Of a stretch of 64,000 nucleotides of DNA, positions 45,352 through 54,297 are shown piece after piece. Below the pieces are notes generated by a model, which was not told where the DNA came from, did no database searches, and saw nothing but the letters and a program-made list of their open reading frames with translations. Positions within the stretch are counted from its first letter, which is position 1. Every line of letters begins with the position of its first letter. The translations under genes were made by a program, and so were the position numbers. Source of the DNA: an uncultured Actinomycetes bacterium (GTDB lineage: Bacteria; Actinomycetota; UBA4738; HRBIN12); the NCBI GenBank assembly GCA_963704885.1, contig CAVPIB010000007.1, positions 160,001 to 224,000 of the forward strand, written 5' to 3'.

Positions 45352-45989
45352 CCCGTCGGTTCCTTCCTTCTGGTCGGGCGCCGGGCGGGTTGGGCCTGCC
45401 CGAACCCTCTTTCGAGGAGTCCCAAGCCCTCTTCCACCGTCGTGCGGGGGTCCGAGGCGCCGCCGGATCCCACCCACAGGCGCATCGCAGCGCGCAGCGC
45501 CCCGAGTGCGGCCCCGGCCACGACGCGAGGTCGTGGATCGAGGTCGGCGTCCACACCGAGACGTGTGGCGACCTCGCGGGCTATGGCGTCCTCGTAGGCC
45601 GCTTGCAGTTCGAGGCTCCTCGCCAACACCGAGGGCTCCGTGGAGACGATCCGGGCGCGAACCGATCCCTCGGCGGGGTCGGCCGCGACCTCACCCACCA
45701 TCGCCAACACCGCGCGGCGGACAGGTGCGGTGACCGGCTCGTCGGGTGGACCGGCTGCGAGCGCGTCGCGGATCGCCGCGAGGCGGCGCTCGTGGTCGGC
45801 TAGGGCCGCGTCCTCCTTCGTCGCGAAGTATCGGAAGAACGTGCGCGGTGAGACGTCGGCGGCCGCCGCGATCTCGTCGACCGTCGTCTCGCGGAAGCCG
45901 CGCTCGGCGAACAGACGGAGCGCGGCGGACGCGATCGCCTTGCGCGTTCGGAGCTTCTTCCGCTCCCGCAAGCCCTGCTCCGCGACCAT
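45348..45989 (-). CDS. TetR family regulator (MftR-like)
   Basis: GLRERKKLRTR..AALRLFAERGF..TTVDEIAAAADVSPRTFFRYF. Confidence 0.93.
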   Translation of the reverse strand: MVAEQGLRERKKLRTRKAIASAALRLFAERGFRETTVDEIAAAADVSPRTFFRYFATKEDAALADHERRLAAIRDALAAGPPDEPVTAPVRRAVLAMVGEVAADPAEGSVRARIVSTEPSVLARSLELQAAYEDAIAREVATRLGVDADLDPRPRVVAGAALGALRAAMRLWVGSGGASDPRTTVEEGLGLLERGFGQAQPARRPTRRKEPTG

Positions 45990-46035
45990 GTGTCAAGCCT
46001 AGCAGTGAGTGGCGTCCAGTGTCAGATGGCGGAGG

Positions 46036-46065
46036 TTGTCAAATGACAGAAGCTGTCAGTATGCT
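46036..46065 (+). promoter_or_regulatory. TetR operator TGACAG-AAG-CTGTCA within a TTGTCA-N18-TATGCT promoter
   Basis: Perfect 6-3-6 inverted repeat at 46044-46058 between divergent tetR and mmpL. Confidence 0.7.
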
Positions 46066-46109
46066 GATCCCAAGTGACCCGAGTGGCCGCGAGAAGAAGG
46101 GAGCGCCAC

Positions 46110-48320
46110 ATGTCGTTGTCAGGGGCCCTTTACCGCCTGGGGCGAGGGTCGGTGCGTCGGCGTCGGCTCGTCGTGGCCGTCTGGATAGTGTCGGCGGTGG
46201 GGATGCTGCTTACCGGGCGTGCCCTGGGCGCGAGCTCGGTGGACGACTTCCGGGTGCCCGGGACTGAATCCCAGCAGGCGCTTGACCTGTTGAGGGAGCG
46301 GTTCCCCGCGGCCTCCGGCACCGAGGCCACCGTGGTGTTCCATATAGCCACGGGCACGGCACGCGACGCCCAGAACGTCGTGCTGATCGGCGAGACGCTC
46401 AGCCAGGTCGCGCGACTTCCGCACGTGCTTGGTGTGGAGAGCCCCGTGGCCGACTCCACCCCATCGGGTCGGGCGGGTGTGTCCGCAGACGGGACGATCG
46501 CCTTCGCGACGGTCCACTACGACTCCGACGCGTCGGCACTCGGTATCCGGGCCGTCGATGCGCTCGAGGAGGCCGTTGGCCCGGCTCGCGAAGCCGGGAT
46601 GCAGACGGAGCTCGGTGGCGCGCTGCTGCAATCGGTCGACCGGGCGGAACCGAAATCCTCAGAGCTGTTCGGCTTGGTGGCCGCGGTGCTGGTGTTGCTG
46701 CTGGCGTTCGGGTCAGTGGTCGCGATGGGGCTGCCGATCGGCACCGCGATCCTCGGCCTGCTCACCGGCATGTCGGTCGTGAAGCTCGTGAGCCTGTTCG
46801 TCGACATGCCCACTGTGGCGCCGACGCTCGCGACGATGATCGGGTTGGGCGTGGGGATCGACTACGCCCTGTTCATCGTCACACGACACCGCGAGTACCT
46901 CCATGCAGGACTCACGGTCGAGGAGGCCGCCGGTCGCGCGATCGCGACCTCGGGCCAGGCGGTCGTGGTCGCCGGTGCCACCGTTGTGATCGCGATCTTG
47001 GGCCTATGGATCTCGGGGATCCCGTTCGTCGGCCTCCTCGGAACCGCATCGGCGATCGTCGTGACCGTGGCGGTGCTCGCCGCCATCACGGCGCTGCCCG
47101 CGCTGCTCGGGTTCGCCGGGCAGGCGATCGATCGTCTCCGCGTCCCGCGGTTCGGCCGTCGGTCCTCCAACGCCGAAGCGTCGCCGGGTTGGCGGCGGTT
47201 CGGTCGCCACGTGGTCGACCAACCTTGGCGTCACCTGGCGCTCAGCCTCGCGATCCTCGGCGCGCTGGCGGTTCCCCTGTTCTCGATGCGGCTAGGCCAG
47301 GTGGACGCGGGGACGGCCTCGGCCGAGACTACCCAGCGCCGCGCCTTCGACCTCATGACGCAGGGCTTCGGACCGGGCTTCAACGGTCCACTGCTGTTGA
47401 CCGTCGAGGGCGCCGACGCGGCAACCCTGGGATCGATCGGCGTTGCTGTGGCTGCCGACCCCGACGTCGTCGCGGTGAAGCCGCCGATGGCGAGCCCCGA
47501 CGGAACGACCGCCGTCATCACCGTCGTCCCGGGGTCCTCGCCGCAGAGCGAGGCAACTACCGAGTTGGTGTCGCGCCTCCGCGATCAGGTGCTGCCCGGC
47601 GTCGTCGAGGGAACCGACGCGCAGGTCTTCGTCGGCGGCCAGACCGCCACCTATGTCGACCTGGCGGCGAAGGTCGGTGACGCCCTTCCGCTGTTCATCG
47701 GCGCGGTCGTGCTGCTTTCGTTCGTGTTGCTGACCGTGGTCTTCCGCTCGATCCTCGTGCCGCTCAAGGCCGCCCTGATGAACCTGCTGTCGATCGGCGC
47801 CGCATACGGCGTGGTCGTCGCTATCTTCCAGTGGGGGTGGGGCAAAGGTCTCGTCGGCCTCGAGGAGACGGTCCCGATCGTCTCGTTCGTGCCGATGATG
47901 ATGTTCGCGATCCTGTTCGGCCTCTCGATGGACTACGAGGTGTTCCTGCTCTCGCGGATCCGCGAGGAGTACGTGCAACGGCGCGACAACGCGGAGAGCA
48001 TCGTGACCGGGTTGGCATCGACAGCGAGGGTTATCACCTCGGCCGCCCTCATCATGATCGCCGTGTTCCTCTCCTTCCTGTTGAACGACGACCCGACCGT
48101 GAAGATGGTGGGCATCGGACTGGCGACCGCGGTGGCCGTGGATGCCACGATCGTCAGGATGATCTTGGTGCCCTCGACGATGGCGTTGCTCGGTGACGCG
48201 AACTGGTGGCTGCCCCGGTGGCTCGACCGCCTGCTACCGAGGATCGACATCGAGGGCGAGGCCGGACTTCCTCTTGGAAGCGAGGCACGGGTAACCGGAG
48301 CTACAGTCGAGGTCGTTTGA
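46110..48320 (+). CDS. MmpL/RND family transporter
   Basis: GLGVGIDYALFIVTRHRE, GFGPGFNGPL, LFGLSMDYEVFLLSRIREE. Confidence 0.95.
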   Translation: MSLSGALYRLGRGSVRRRRLVVAVWIVSAVGMLLTGRALGASSVDDFRVPGTESQQALDLLRERFPAASGTEATVVFHIATGTARDAQNVVLIGETLSQVARLPHVLGVESPVADSTPSGRAGVSADGTIAFATVHYDSDASALGIRAVDALEEAVGPAREAGMQTELGGALLQSVDRAEPKSSELFGLVAAVLVLLLAFGSVVAMGLPIGTAILGLLTGMSVVKLVSLFVDMPTVAPTLATMIGLGVGIDYALFIVTRHREYLHAGLTVEEAAGRAIATSGQAVVVAGATVVIAILGLWISGIPFVGLLGTASAIVVTVAVLAAITALPALLGFAGQAIDRLRVPRFGRRSSNAEASPGWRRFGRHVVDQPWRHLALSLAILGALAVPLFSMRLGQVDAGTASAETTQRRAFDLMTQGFGPGFNGPLLLTVEGADAATLGSIGVAVAADPDVVAVKPPMASPDGTTAVITVVPGSSPQSEATTELVSRLRDQVLPGVVEGTDAQVFVGGQTATYVDLAAKVGDALPLFIGAVVLLSFVLLTVVFRSILVPLKAALMNLLSIGAAYGVVVAIFQWGWGKGLVGLEETVPIVSFVPMMMFAILFGLSMDYEVFLLSRIREEYVQRRDNAESIVTGLASTARVITSAALIMIAVFLSFLLNDDPTVKMVGIGLATAVAVDATIVRMILVPSTMALLGDANWWLPRWLDRLLPRIDIEGEAGLPLGSEARVTGATVEVV

Positions 48321-48346
48321 CCTCTCGGCGTGAGGAGGTATGAGGG

Positions 48347-48751
48347 ATGGACCGACGGAACCGGGTGTTATGGATCATCCAATGGGTGTTCGGTGTCATA
48401 TTCATCTTGGTTGGCGTGATGCACTTCATCGTTCCGGACGGCCTTCCTGGACCGATGAGCTGGATGTACGACCTCAGCGATCCTCTCCACACGGTGGCCG
48501 GCATCGCGGAGATCCTCGGAGGACTCGGTCTGATCCTGCCGGGGCTCACCAAGATCAGCCCCGGACTGACCGTGTTCGCTGCCGTCGGCTTGATCTTCGT
48601 GATGGTGGGAGCCGCAGCCTGGCACCTGTCGCGCGGCGAGGTGCAAAACGTCGTGCAGAACCTGATCATCGCCGGCGCCCTGGCCTACCTGGCGTACGGC
48701 AGGTGGAAGCTGAGCCCGCTTCCGGCCAAGGGGGCGGGCAACGTCGCCTAG
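48347..48751 (+). CDS. DoxX family membrane protein
   Basis: LWIIQ, GIAEILGGLGLILP, MVGAAAWH; GAGGAGG RBS. Confidence 0.88.
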   Translation: MDRRNRVLWIIQWVFGVIFILVGVMHFIVPDGLPGPMSWMYDLSDPLHTVAGIAEILGGLGLILPGLTKISPGLTVFAAVGLIFVMVGAAAWHLSRGEVQNVVQNLIIAGALAYLAYGRWKLSPLPAKGAGNVA

Positions 48752-48776
48752 CGCTCAGCGGAGGGATGCGGCCGCG

Positions 48777-49181
48777 TCAGACGAGCTTCTCGACGGCGAG
48801 CTTGCCGTACTTGTGCCTGGCGTGCGCCCCGTGGCGGACGAGGATCTCGTCGGCGGCCGTGGTGAGTTCCTGGGTGGGGGCGTGCACGGCCAGCAGAGTG
48901 GCCCCCGCTTCGGCGGCTGACAGGTACTCGGCCTCGCGTTGACCCTCTTCGGAGGGGAGCTGCCGGAGCACCCGCCCCACCGGGCCGAGGCCCTCGGCGA
49001 TGCCGCGCGAGAGACGAACCGCCTCGTCGCCGGTCAGCACCTCGAGCTCGTCGAACCCCTCGTCGCGCAGCTCCGAGGCGGCGGCGTCGGCTTCGGCTCG
49101 CGCATGGAACCACGCTACGACGTACCCCGTGGGGTACGGTCGCCCAGCCAGCTTCCCAGGGAACGAGCTCTCGTCGGTCAT
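48777..49181 (-). CDS. Hypothetical protein
   Basis: YPTGYVVAWF..A..A..EL..GF and YL...AG..LLAV..L..HGA; typical codon use. Confidence 0.65.
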   Translation of the reverse strand: MTDESSFPGKLAGRPYPTGYVVAWFHARAEADAAASELRDEGFDELEVLTGDEAVRLSRGIAEGLGPVGRVLRQLPSEEGQREAEYLSAAEAGATLLAVHAPTQELTTAADEILVRHGAHARHKYGKLAVEKLV

Positions 49182-49270
49182 GGCAGCATCATATGGCCTC
49201 GTCCTCCGCCGTCGCCAGCCTGCCGCCCGAGGCGTCCGTGGCGAGAACCGATGAAGCAGGAGATAGGTGA

Positions 49271-50116
49271 CTACGGGAGCCGTCGGCCGACCAGCGTGGC
49301 GCGCGCGTGCCTGGCCACGCGGTCGCTCACTGATCCCAGGAGCGTCCGACTCACCGGACCGAGACCTCTCGAGCCGACGACCACCAGGTCGGCCTCCCCG
49401 GACTCCGCCTCCTGGAGGAGAGAGGCTGCCGGCGTTCCGACGACCACCGTAGGCTCCGCCTGGAACCCGGTCGATGACAGACGCTCGGCGGCGTGCTCGG
49501 CGACGCCCCACGTGAGCTCCTTCAGCTTGCGCAGGAGTTCCGGGTTGGGCGACAGGGTTCCCCCGAACGGGTTGAGGACCGAAGCCGGCGTCGGCACCTC
49601 CTCGACGCAGAGGATCTTGAGGACGGCGCGCGCGGGATCGGCGAACGCTACCAGCGTCTCCACGGCGAACTTCGCGTCGTCGGAGCCATCCACACCCACC
49701 AGGATCGGTGCGGGCACCCGGCTACCGGGTGGCTCGTGTGCCACCAGGACCGAGCTGGGCGCCGAATGGAGGACACGCATGCTGACGCTGCCGAGGAGTA
49801 GCCGACCGAGCCACCTCGTGCTCCCGGCGCCGACGGCTGTGAGGTCGTATCCGTCCTGCTCGACGATGCGCAGGATCTCCATCGCGGGGTGTCCTCGTTC
49901 GACCCGTGTCGCCACCTCGAACCCGGCATCAGCAAGGATCCTCGCGCCCAGTCCGGCGATCTCCTCCGTGGCGGAGCCGTCGGCTGCACCCGAACGGACG
50001 GGGGCGTCGATCGAGACGACCGTCACCTCGGTGCGCGTCGGATCGGCGATCTTCGCGATGATCTGACCGGCGGCATCGGCGGACGGTGACCCATCGGTGG
50101 CCCAGAGGATCCTCAT
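49271..50116 (-). CDS. Tandem universal stress protein
   Basis: ILWATDGS...LLGSVS; ILVGVDGS...VVGSRGLG..LLGSVSDRV. Confidence 0.92.
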   Translation of the reverse strand: MRILWATDGSPSADAAGQIIAKIADPTRTEVTVVSIDAPVRSGAADGSATEEIAGLGARILADAGFEVATRVERGHPAMEILRIVEQDGYDLTAVGAGSTRWLGRLLLGSVSMRVLHSAPSSVLVAHEPPGSRVPAPILVGVDGSDDAKFAVETLVAFADPARAVLKILCVEEVPTPASVLNPFGGTLSPNPELLRKLKELTWGVAEHAAERLSSTGFQAEPTVVVGTPAASLLQEAESGEADLVVVGSRGLGPVSRTLLGSVSDRVARHARATLVGRRLP

Positions 50117-50318
50117 CACCTGCAGCTCCTTCCGTCTTGTCCATAGTGACACTACGTAACGGCATCCAAGCAGGCCCGTGACGTTCAGCTCGTTATGGGA
50201 AGGCCATCCGGTCCCGTCCTCGCTAGCGGCTCCTAGGCGCCTCTGGAACTACGCGGTTCCGAGGACCCTCTGGCCGATCTCCTGATCGAGCTGTCGGGTC
50301 CTCGGGCTGCGAAGCGCC

Positions 50319-50915
50319 TCAGACGAGACCAAGGAGACGCCAGACAGCGATGCCGATCGTCACGAGGATGAGGATCCCGATCGCGTCGAGGGGCGCGCCG
50401 ATACGGAAGATCTCGCGGACCGAGTACATCTTCGTCGAGTAGGCGAGCATCGTGGGCGGCGTCCCGATCACGAGGGCGAAGTCGATCGAGGAAGCGATCG
50501 CCACGACCACGACTAGGAGGACGGGATCCACGCCGATCACCGCCGCCAAGGGGATCGCCAGCGGGATCATCATCGCAGCCGAGGCCGTGTTCGACGCGAC
50601 GGCTGTTAGCAGCAGCGTCACCACAGCCATCACGGTCACGGCGAGCGGTGCAGGAACATCGGCGAGCCCACCGAGGCGCGTGGCCAGCCAATCGGCCGTT
50701 CCCGATCTGACCAGGAACACGCCGAGTGCGAGGCCGCCCCCGAAGATGATCAATACCGTCCAAGAGATCCGGCCGAGATCGGACGGGATCACCTTGCCGA
50801 GGACCGCCAGGACGACGACGCCGCCGATGGCGACGATCCCCGTATCGAGGCCGGTCGACACACACCCATAGGGCGGCGACGATCACGAGCTTCTGCGTCG
50901 ACGTCACCGAGCAAG
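50319..50915 (-). pseudogene. 5'-truncated SLC13/DASS anion transporter remnant
   Basis: Only the C-terminal ~180 aa: ISWTVLIIFGGGLALG, SNTASA, IGTPPTMLAY; the upstream space is occupied by a divergent gene. Confidence 0.75.
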
Positions 50916-51057
50916 GTTGGTCGAGGGCATCCGCGGGCGCCTGCGGCCGTCCGCCCCGTCGCCGCAGAGGCGTGTGACCTCCCCACGGGCGCCGCTCTCG
51001 CCCGAGACTGTCGGGGCTTGGGTTAGGTTGGTTCGTCTCGATCGAGGGGTGGGGCGG

Positions 51058-52095
51058 TTGACGGAGGGCTTCGGGTTGTGGCACTGGATCGCGATCTTCC
51101 TCGTCTCGGCGGCAGCCCTCGTCTGGGCTGGCATCACGCTGGCGCGGGCCGGCGACGAGATCGCAACTCGGACCGGACTCGGCGGCCTTGTCGTCGGCAT
51201 GTTCCTCATGGCAGTAGCCACTTCCTTGCCGGAGATCGTGACCGACGTGAGCGCGGCTATCGCTCACGCGCCGGACCTCGCCGTCGGTGACCTCTTTGGG
51301 AGCAACATGGCGAACATGGCGATCTTGGCGGTCATCGACCTGATCGCGCAGCGGAAGGTCTGGCCTTCCGTGGAACTCGGGCACGCGCGTGTCGCTTCCG
51401 TCGCGATCGCCCTGACGACGCTCGCCGTCCTCGGGATCGTCACACCGGTAGGGGTCTCGATCGGCTGGGTGGGCCTCGACACGATCGGGATCGTCGCGGC
51501 CTACCTGCTCGCGGTGGCGTGGGTGCGGCGAACCCGGACCCACGCTCCAGCAAGCAGGATCGATCTGGGGGAGCTGCCGGTTGCCACAGGGTGGACCCGA
51601 TCGTCGCGCGCGCCCCGGCTGTTCCGAAGCGCCGCGGCGAGGTTCGGGCTGGCGGCCGCCGTCGTATTCGTGACCGGCCCGTTCGTGGCGATCGCGGGGA
51701 AGGGGATCGCCGATACCTCCGGTCTCGGTCAGACGTTCGTGGGGGTGGCGATGCTCGCGGTCGCGACGTCCCTCCCGGAACTCGTGGCCTCCGTGGCCGC
51801 GGTGCGGATCGGGGCGTTCGACTTGGCGGTCGGGAACTTGTTCGGGAGCAACGCGATCAACATGGCGATGCTCGTGGTCGTCGACGTGGCCTTCGCGCGC
51901 GGGCCCCTGTTGTCGGCCGTGACGGGTTCCGGCGTGGTCGTTGCGGGCGTCGGGGCCATCTTGCTCATGTCGATCGCCCTGGCGGCGGTCGTGCACGGTC
52001 AGGAGACCCGTATCAAGCGGCTCGAGCCCGATGCCGTCGTCCTGTTGCTTGCCTACATCGGCGCGCTGGCGGCGGTCGCAGCCGCCGCCATGTAG
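51058..52095 (+). CDS. Na+/Ca2+ (CaCA, YrbG-like) cation antiporter
   Basis: Two alpha repeats ATSLPE...GDLFGSN and ATSLPE...GNLFGSN; start approximate. Confidence 0.88.
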   Translation: MTEGFGLWHWIAIFLVSAAALVWAGITLARAGDEIATRTGLGGLVVGMFLMAVATSLPEIVTDVSAAIAHAPDLAVGDLFGSNMANMAILAVIDLIAQRKVWPSVELGHARVASVAIALTTLAVLGIVTPVGVSIGWVGLDTIGIVAAYLLAVAWVRRTRTHAPASRIDLGELPVATGWTRSSRAPRLFRSAAARFGLAAAVVFVTGPFVAIAGKGIADTSGLGQTFVGVAMLAVATSLPELVASVAAVRIGAFDLAVGNLFGSNAINMAMLVVVDVAFARGPLLSAVTGSGVVVAGVGAILLMSIALAAVVHGQETRIKRLEPDAVVLLLAYIGALAAVAAAAM

Positions 52096-52197
52096 CAGGG
52101 ACGAGCACCACCCGGCTCGGGGGGAGCGGGTCTTTCGGCCGGGCGAGACGCGGGATGACGGCGCCTAGGGTTGCTTCCAGGGCTGATGGGAGGTGCG

Positions 52198-52810
52198 GTG
52201 AAGATCTGTGTTCCCAGGGAGCGTGCTGCGGGTGAGCGGCGCGTTGCTCTGACGCCGCAGGGCGCCTCCGCCCTCGTCGTGCGCGGCTTCTCCGTGCTCG
52301 TCGAGCAGGGGCCGGGCTCGGAGCCGGCTTCACCGACGACGGATATGTGACGTCGGGCGCGTACGTCGTACCGGGTGCAGCGTCTGCATCTGCCGTCGAC
52401 ATCGTGCTGCGAGTGGGGCCCCCGCGACCCGAGGAGCTCGACCCGATCCCTCCGGGGACCGTCCTCGTCGGCTTCCTGGCTCTGTTCACCGACGGACCGC
52501 TTGTCCGACGCGTGGTCGAGCGGAGCTTGACCGCGCTCGCCCTCGAGGCGATGCCACGGAAGATGCTGGCCCAGAGTCTCGACGCCCTTTCCTCGCAGGC
52601 GAGCGCAGCGGGCAACGCGGCCGCCGTCTCGGCCGCGCGTGCATCTGGGCGGATCGTCCCGATGCTCACCACCGCTGCCGGCACGGTGCGGCCCGTGAAG
52701 GTGCTAGTTCGTCTCGGCCTACGACATCCGTCCGGAAACCAGGTTGAGATCGAGAGCCTCGGAGCCCGATTCGTCGAAGCGTCGGAGGCGGAGCGATCGG
52801 ACCTTCCCGA
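52198..52810 (+). pseudogene. pntA: Degraded NAD(P) transhydrogenase alpha subunit
   Basis: MKICVPRERAAGERRVALTP; frameshift near 52310; AQSLDALSSQA..PMLTTAAGTVRPVKVLV; GAGVAG loop missing; IESLGARFV; no C-terminus and no pntB. Confidence 0.8.
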
Positions 52811-53040
52811 CGGCGCCGAGGAGGTCACGGGCTGGATGGTTCGCAGTCGATCACCACGGCCCACTGCCAGAACTCGAACCCCTCCGTCAACGGGCGACCC
52901 CCGATCCGGTCGAGCCAACCTACCCGAGCCCTCACGGCGGTCTCCGCGCCGGGGTGTACCCCTTCCAGGGGCCACTCGCCTCATCCGTGGCGGGGCGGAC
53001 GGCCGAGGGCGCTGCGGTTAGTTCCGTCTAACCTAGCTCT

Positions 53041-53655
53041 ATGACGACGACACAGACGCTCGGGATCATCGCCGCCCTGTGGGTGCTGATCGGTGTGACC
53101 GCCTCGATCGTGATGGGTCGGCGCGGACACAGCTCGTTCACCTGGCTGCTCCTCGGAGCGCTGCTCGGACCGCTGGTGATCCCCCTGGGACTGAGTGCCG
53201 TCAGGGCCGAGCGACGGGACCCCGGGACGCGGTCCAGGATCCTGCGCGAGGGCACGGCGCGTACCGGGACCGTGGATCTGCTCGTTGGGATCGACGGGTC
53301 GGTGCAGTCCGCCGCCGCGCTCCGTGCCGTGCTCAGCCTTTTCGCGGATCGCATCGGCCGCCTCACGCTTGCGAGCGTCATCGACTACGACAGCGCCATC
53401 TCGTCCCGGCCCTGGGATTCCGAGCGGCTGGCCGCGGAGCAACTCGGAAGTCTCGCGGCCACCGTGGAGGGCGCCCGGCCTACCACGATGGTGCTGGTGG
53501 GGCAGCCTTCTGCCGCGCTCGCGAAGCACGCGGCGGAGGACGGCTATGAACTGATCGTGGTCGGGCGTCGAGGCCACGGAGCGAGCAAGGCCCTGATCGG
53601 CAGCACGGCGATGCGTCTCGGGCACGGGGATGGTGCCCCGGTCCTCATCGTCTGA
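53041..53655 (+). CDS. Membrane-anchored universal stress protein
   Basis: Two TM (MGRRGH..W..LG..LGPL) plus USP LLVGIDGS...VGRRGHG..LIGST. Confidence 0.85.
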   Translation: MTTTQTLGIIAALWVLIGVTASIVMGRRGHSSFTWLLLGALLGPLVIPLGLSAVRAERRDPGTRSRILREGTARTGTVDLLVGIDGSVQSAAALRAVLSLFADRIGRLTLASVIDYDSAISSRPWDSERLAAEQLGSLAATVEGARPTTMVLVGQPSAALAKHAAEDGYELIVVGRRGHGASKALIGSTAMRLGHGDGAPVLIV

Positions 53656-53675
53656 TCGCAGAGAGGGGGATGACC

Positions 53676-54281
53676 ATGAACAGCACGCAGGTCGGGATCC
53701 TCATCGTGGCCGCATGGGTGTCGGTGGGCCTGGTCATCGGGCTCGTGATGGGCCGACGTGGACACAACACGCTCACATGGATGATCTTGGGTGTGGTGCT
53801 CGGTCCCTTGACCGTTCCCCTGACGTGGCGAGCGGTCCGCGACGAACGAACGTCGAGGTCCCACGAGCTGTCACAGGGCTCGCCCGGACCCGGAACCGCC
53901 GACGTGCTCGTCGGGATCGACGGCTCCGCTCAGTCCGAAGCCGCGCTCCGAACCGTCGTCGCACTCCTGGGCGGCCGGCTGGGCCGTCTCACATTGGCGG
54001 GCGTCGTCGACTTCGACAGCGTGGGATCAACGCCGCCGTGGGACAACGAGGCTCAGGTCCTTGAGGTCCTGGAGCGTCTACGAGGCTCCCTGCCGGACCT
54101 GAGCCCCGGGACCACGGTTCTCGGCGGGCATCCCGCGACCGCTCTCATGAAGGAAGCCGTGGAGGGTGGTTACGAGATGCTGGCTATCGGGCGACGGGGC
54201 CACGGAGCCGCGAAGGCCCTGATGGGGAGCACCGCGAACCGGCTCGCGCACGGCGCCAACATCCCCGTGCTCATCGTCTGA
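53676..54281 (+). CDS. Membrane-anchored universal stress protein (tandem paralogue)
   Basis: Same architecture and motifs as 53041-53655. Confidence 0.85.
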   Translation: MNSTQVGILIVAAWVSVGLVIGLVMGRRGHNTLTWMILGVVLGPLTVPLTWRAVRDERTSRSHELSQGSPGPGTADVLVGIDGSAQSEAALRTVVALLGGRLGRLTLAGVVDFDSVGSTPPWDNEAQVLEVLERLRGSLPDLSPGTTVLGGHPATALMKEAVEGGYEMLAIGRRGHGAAKALMGSTANRLAHGANIPVLIV

Positions 54282-54297
54282 TCGGGGTGCCCTGCTT

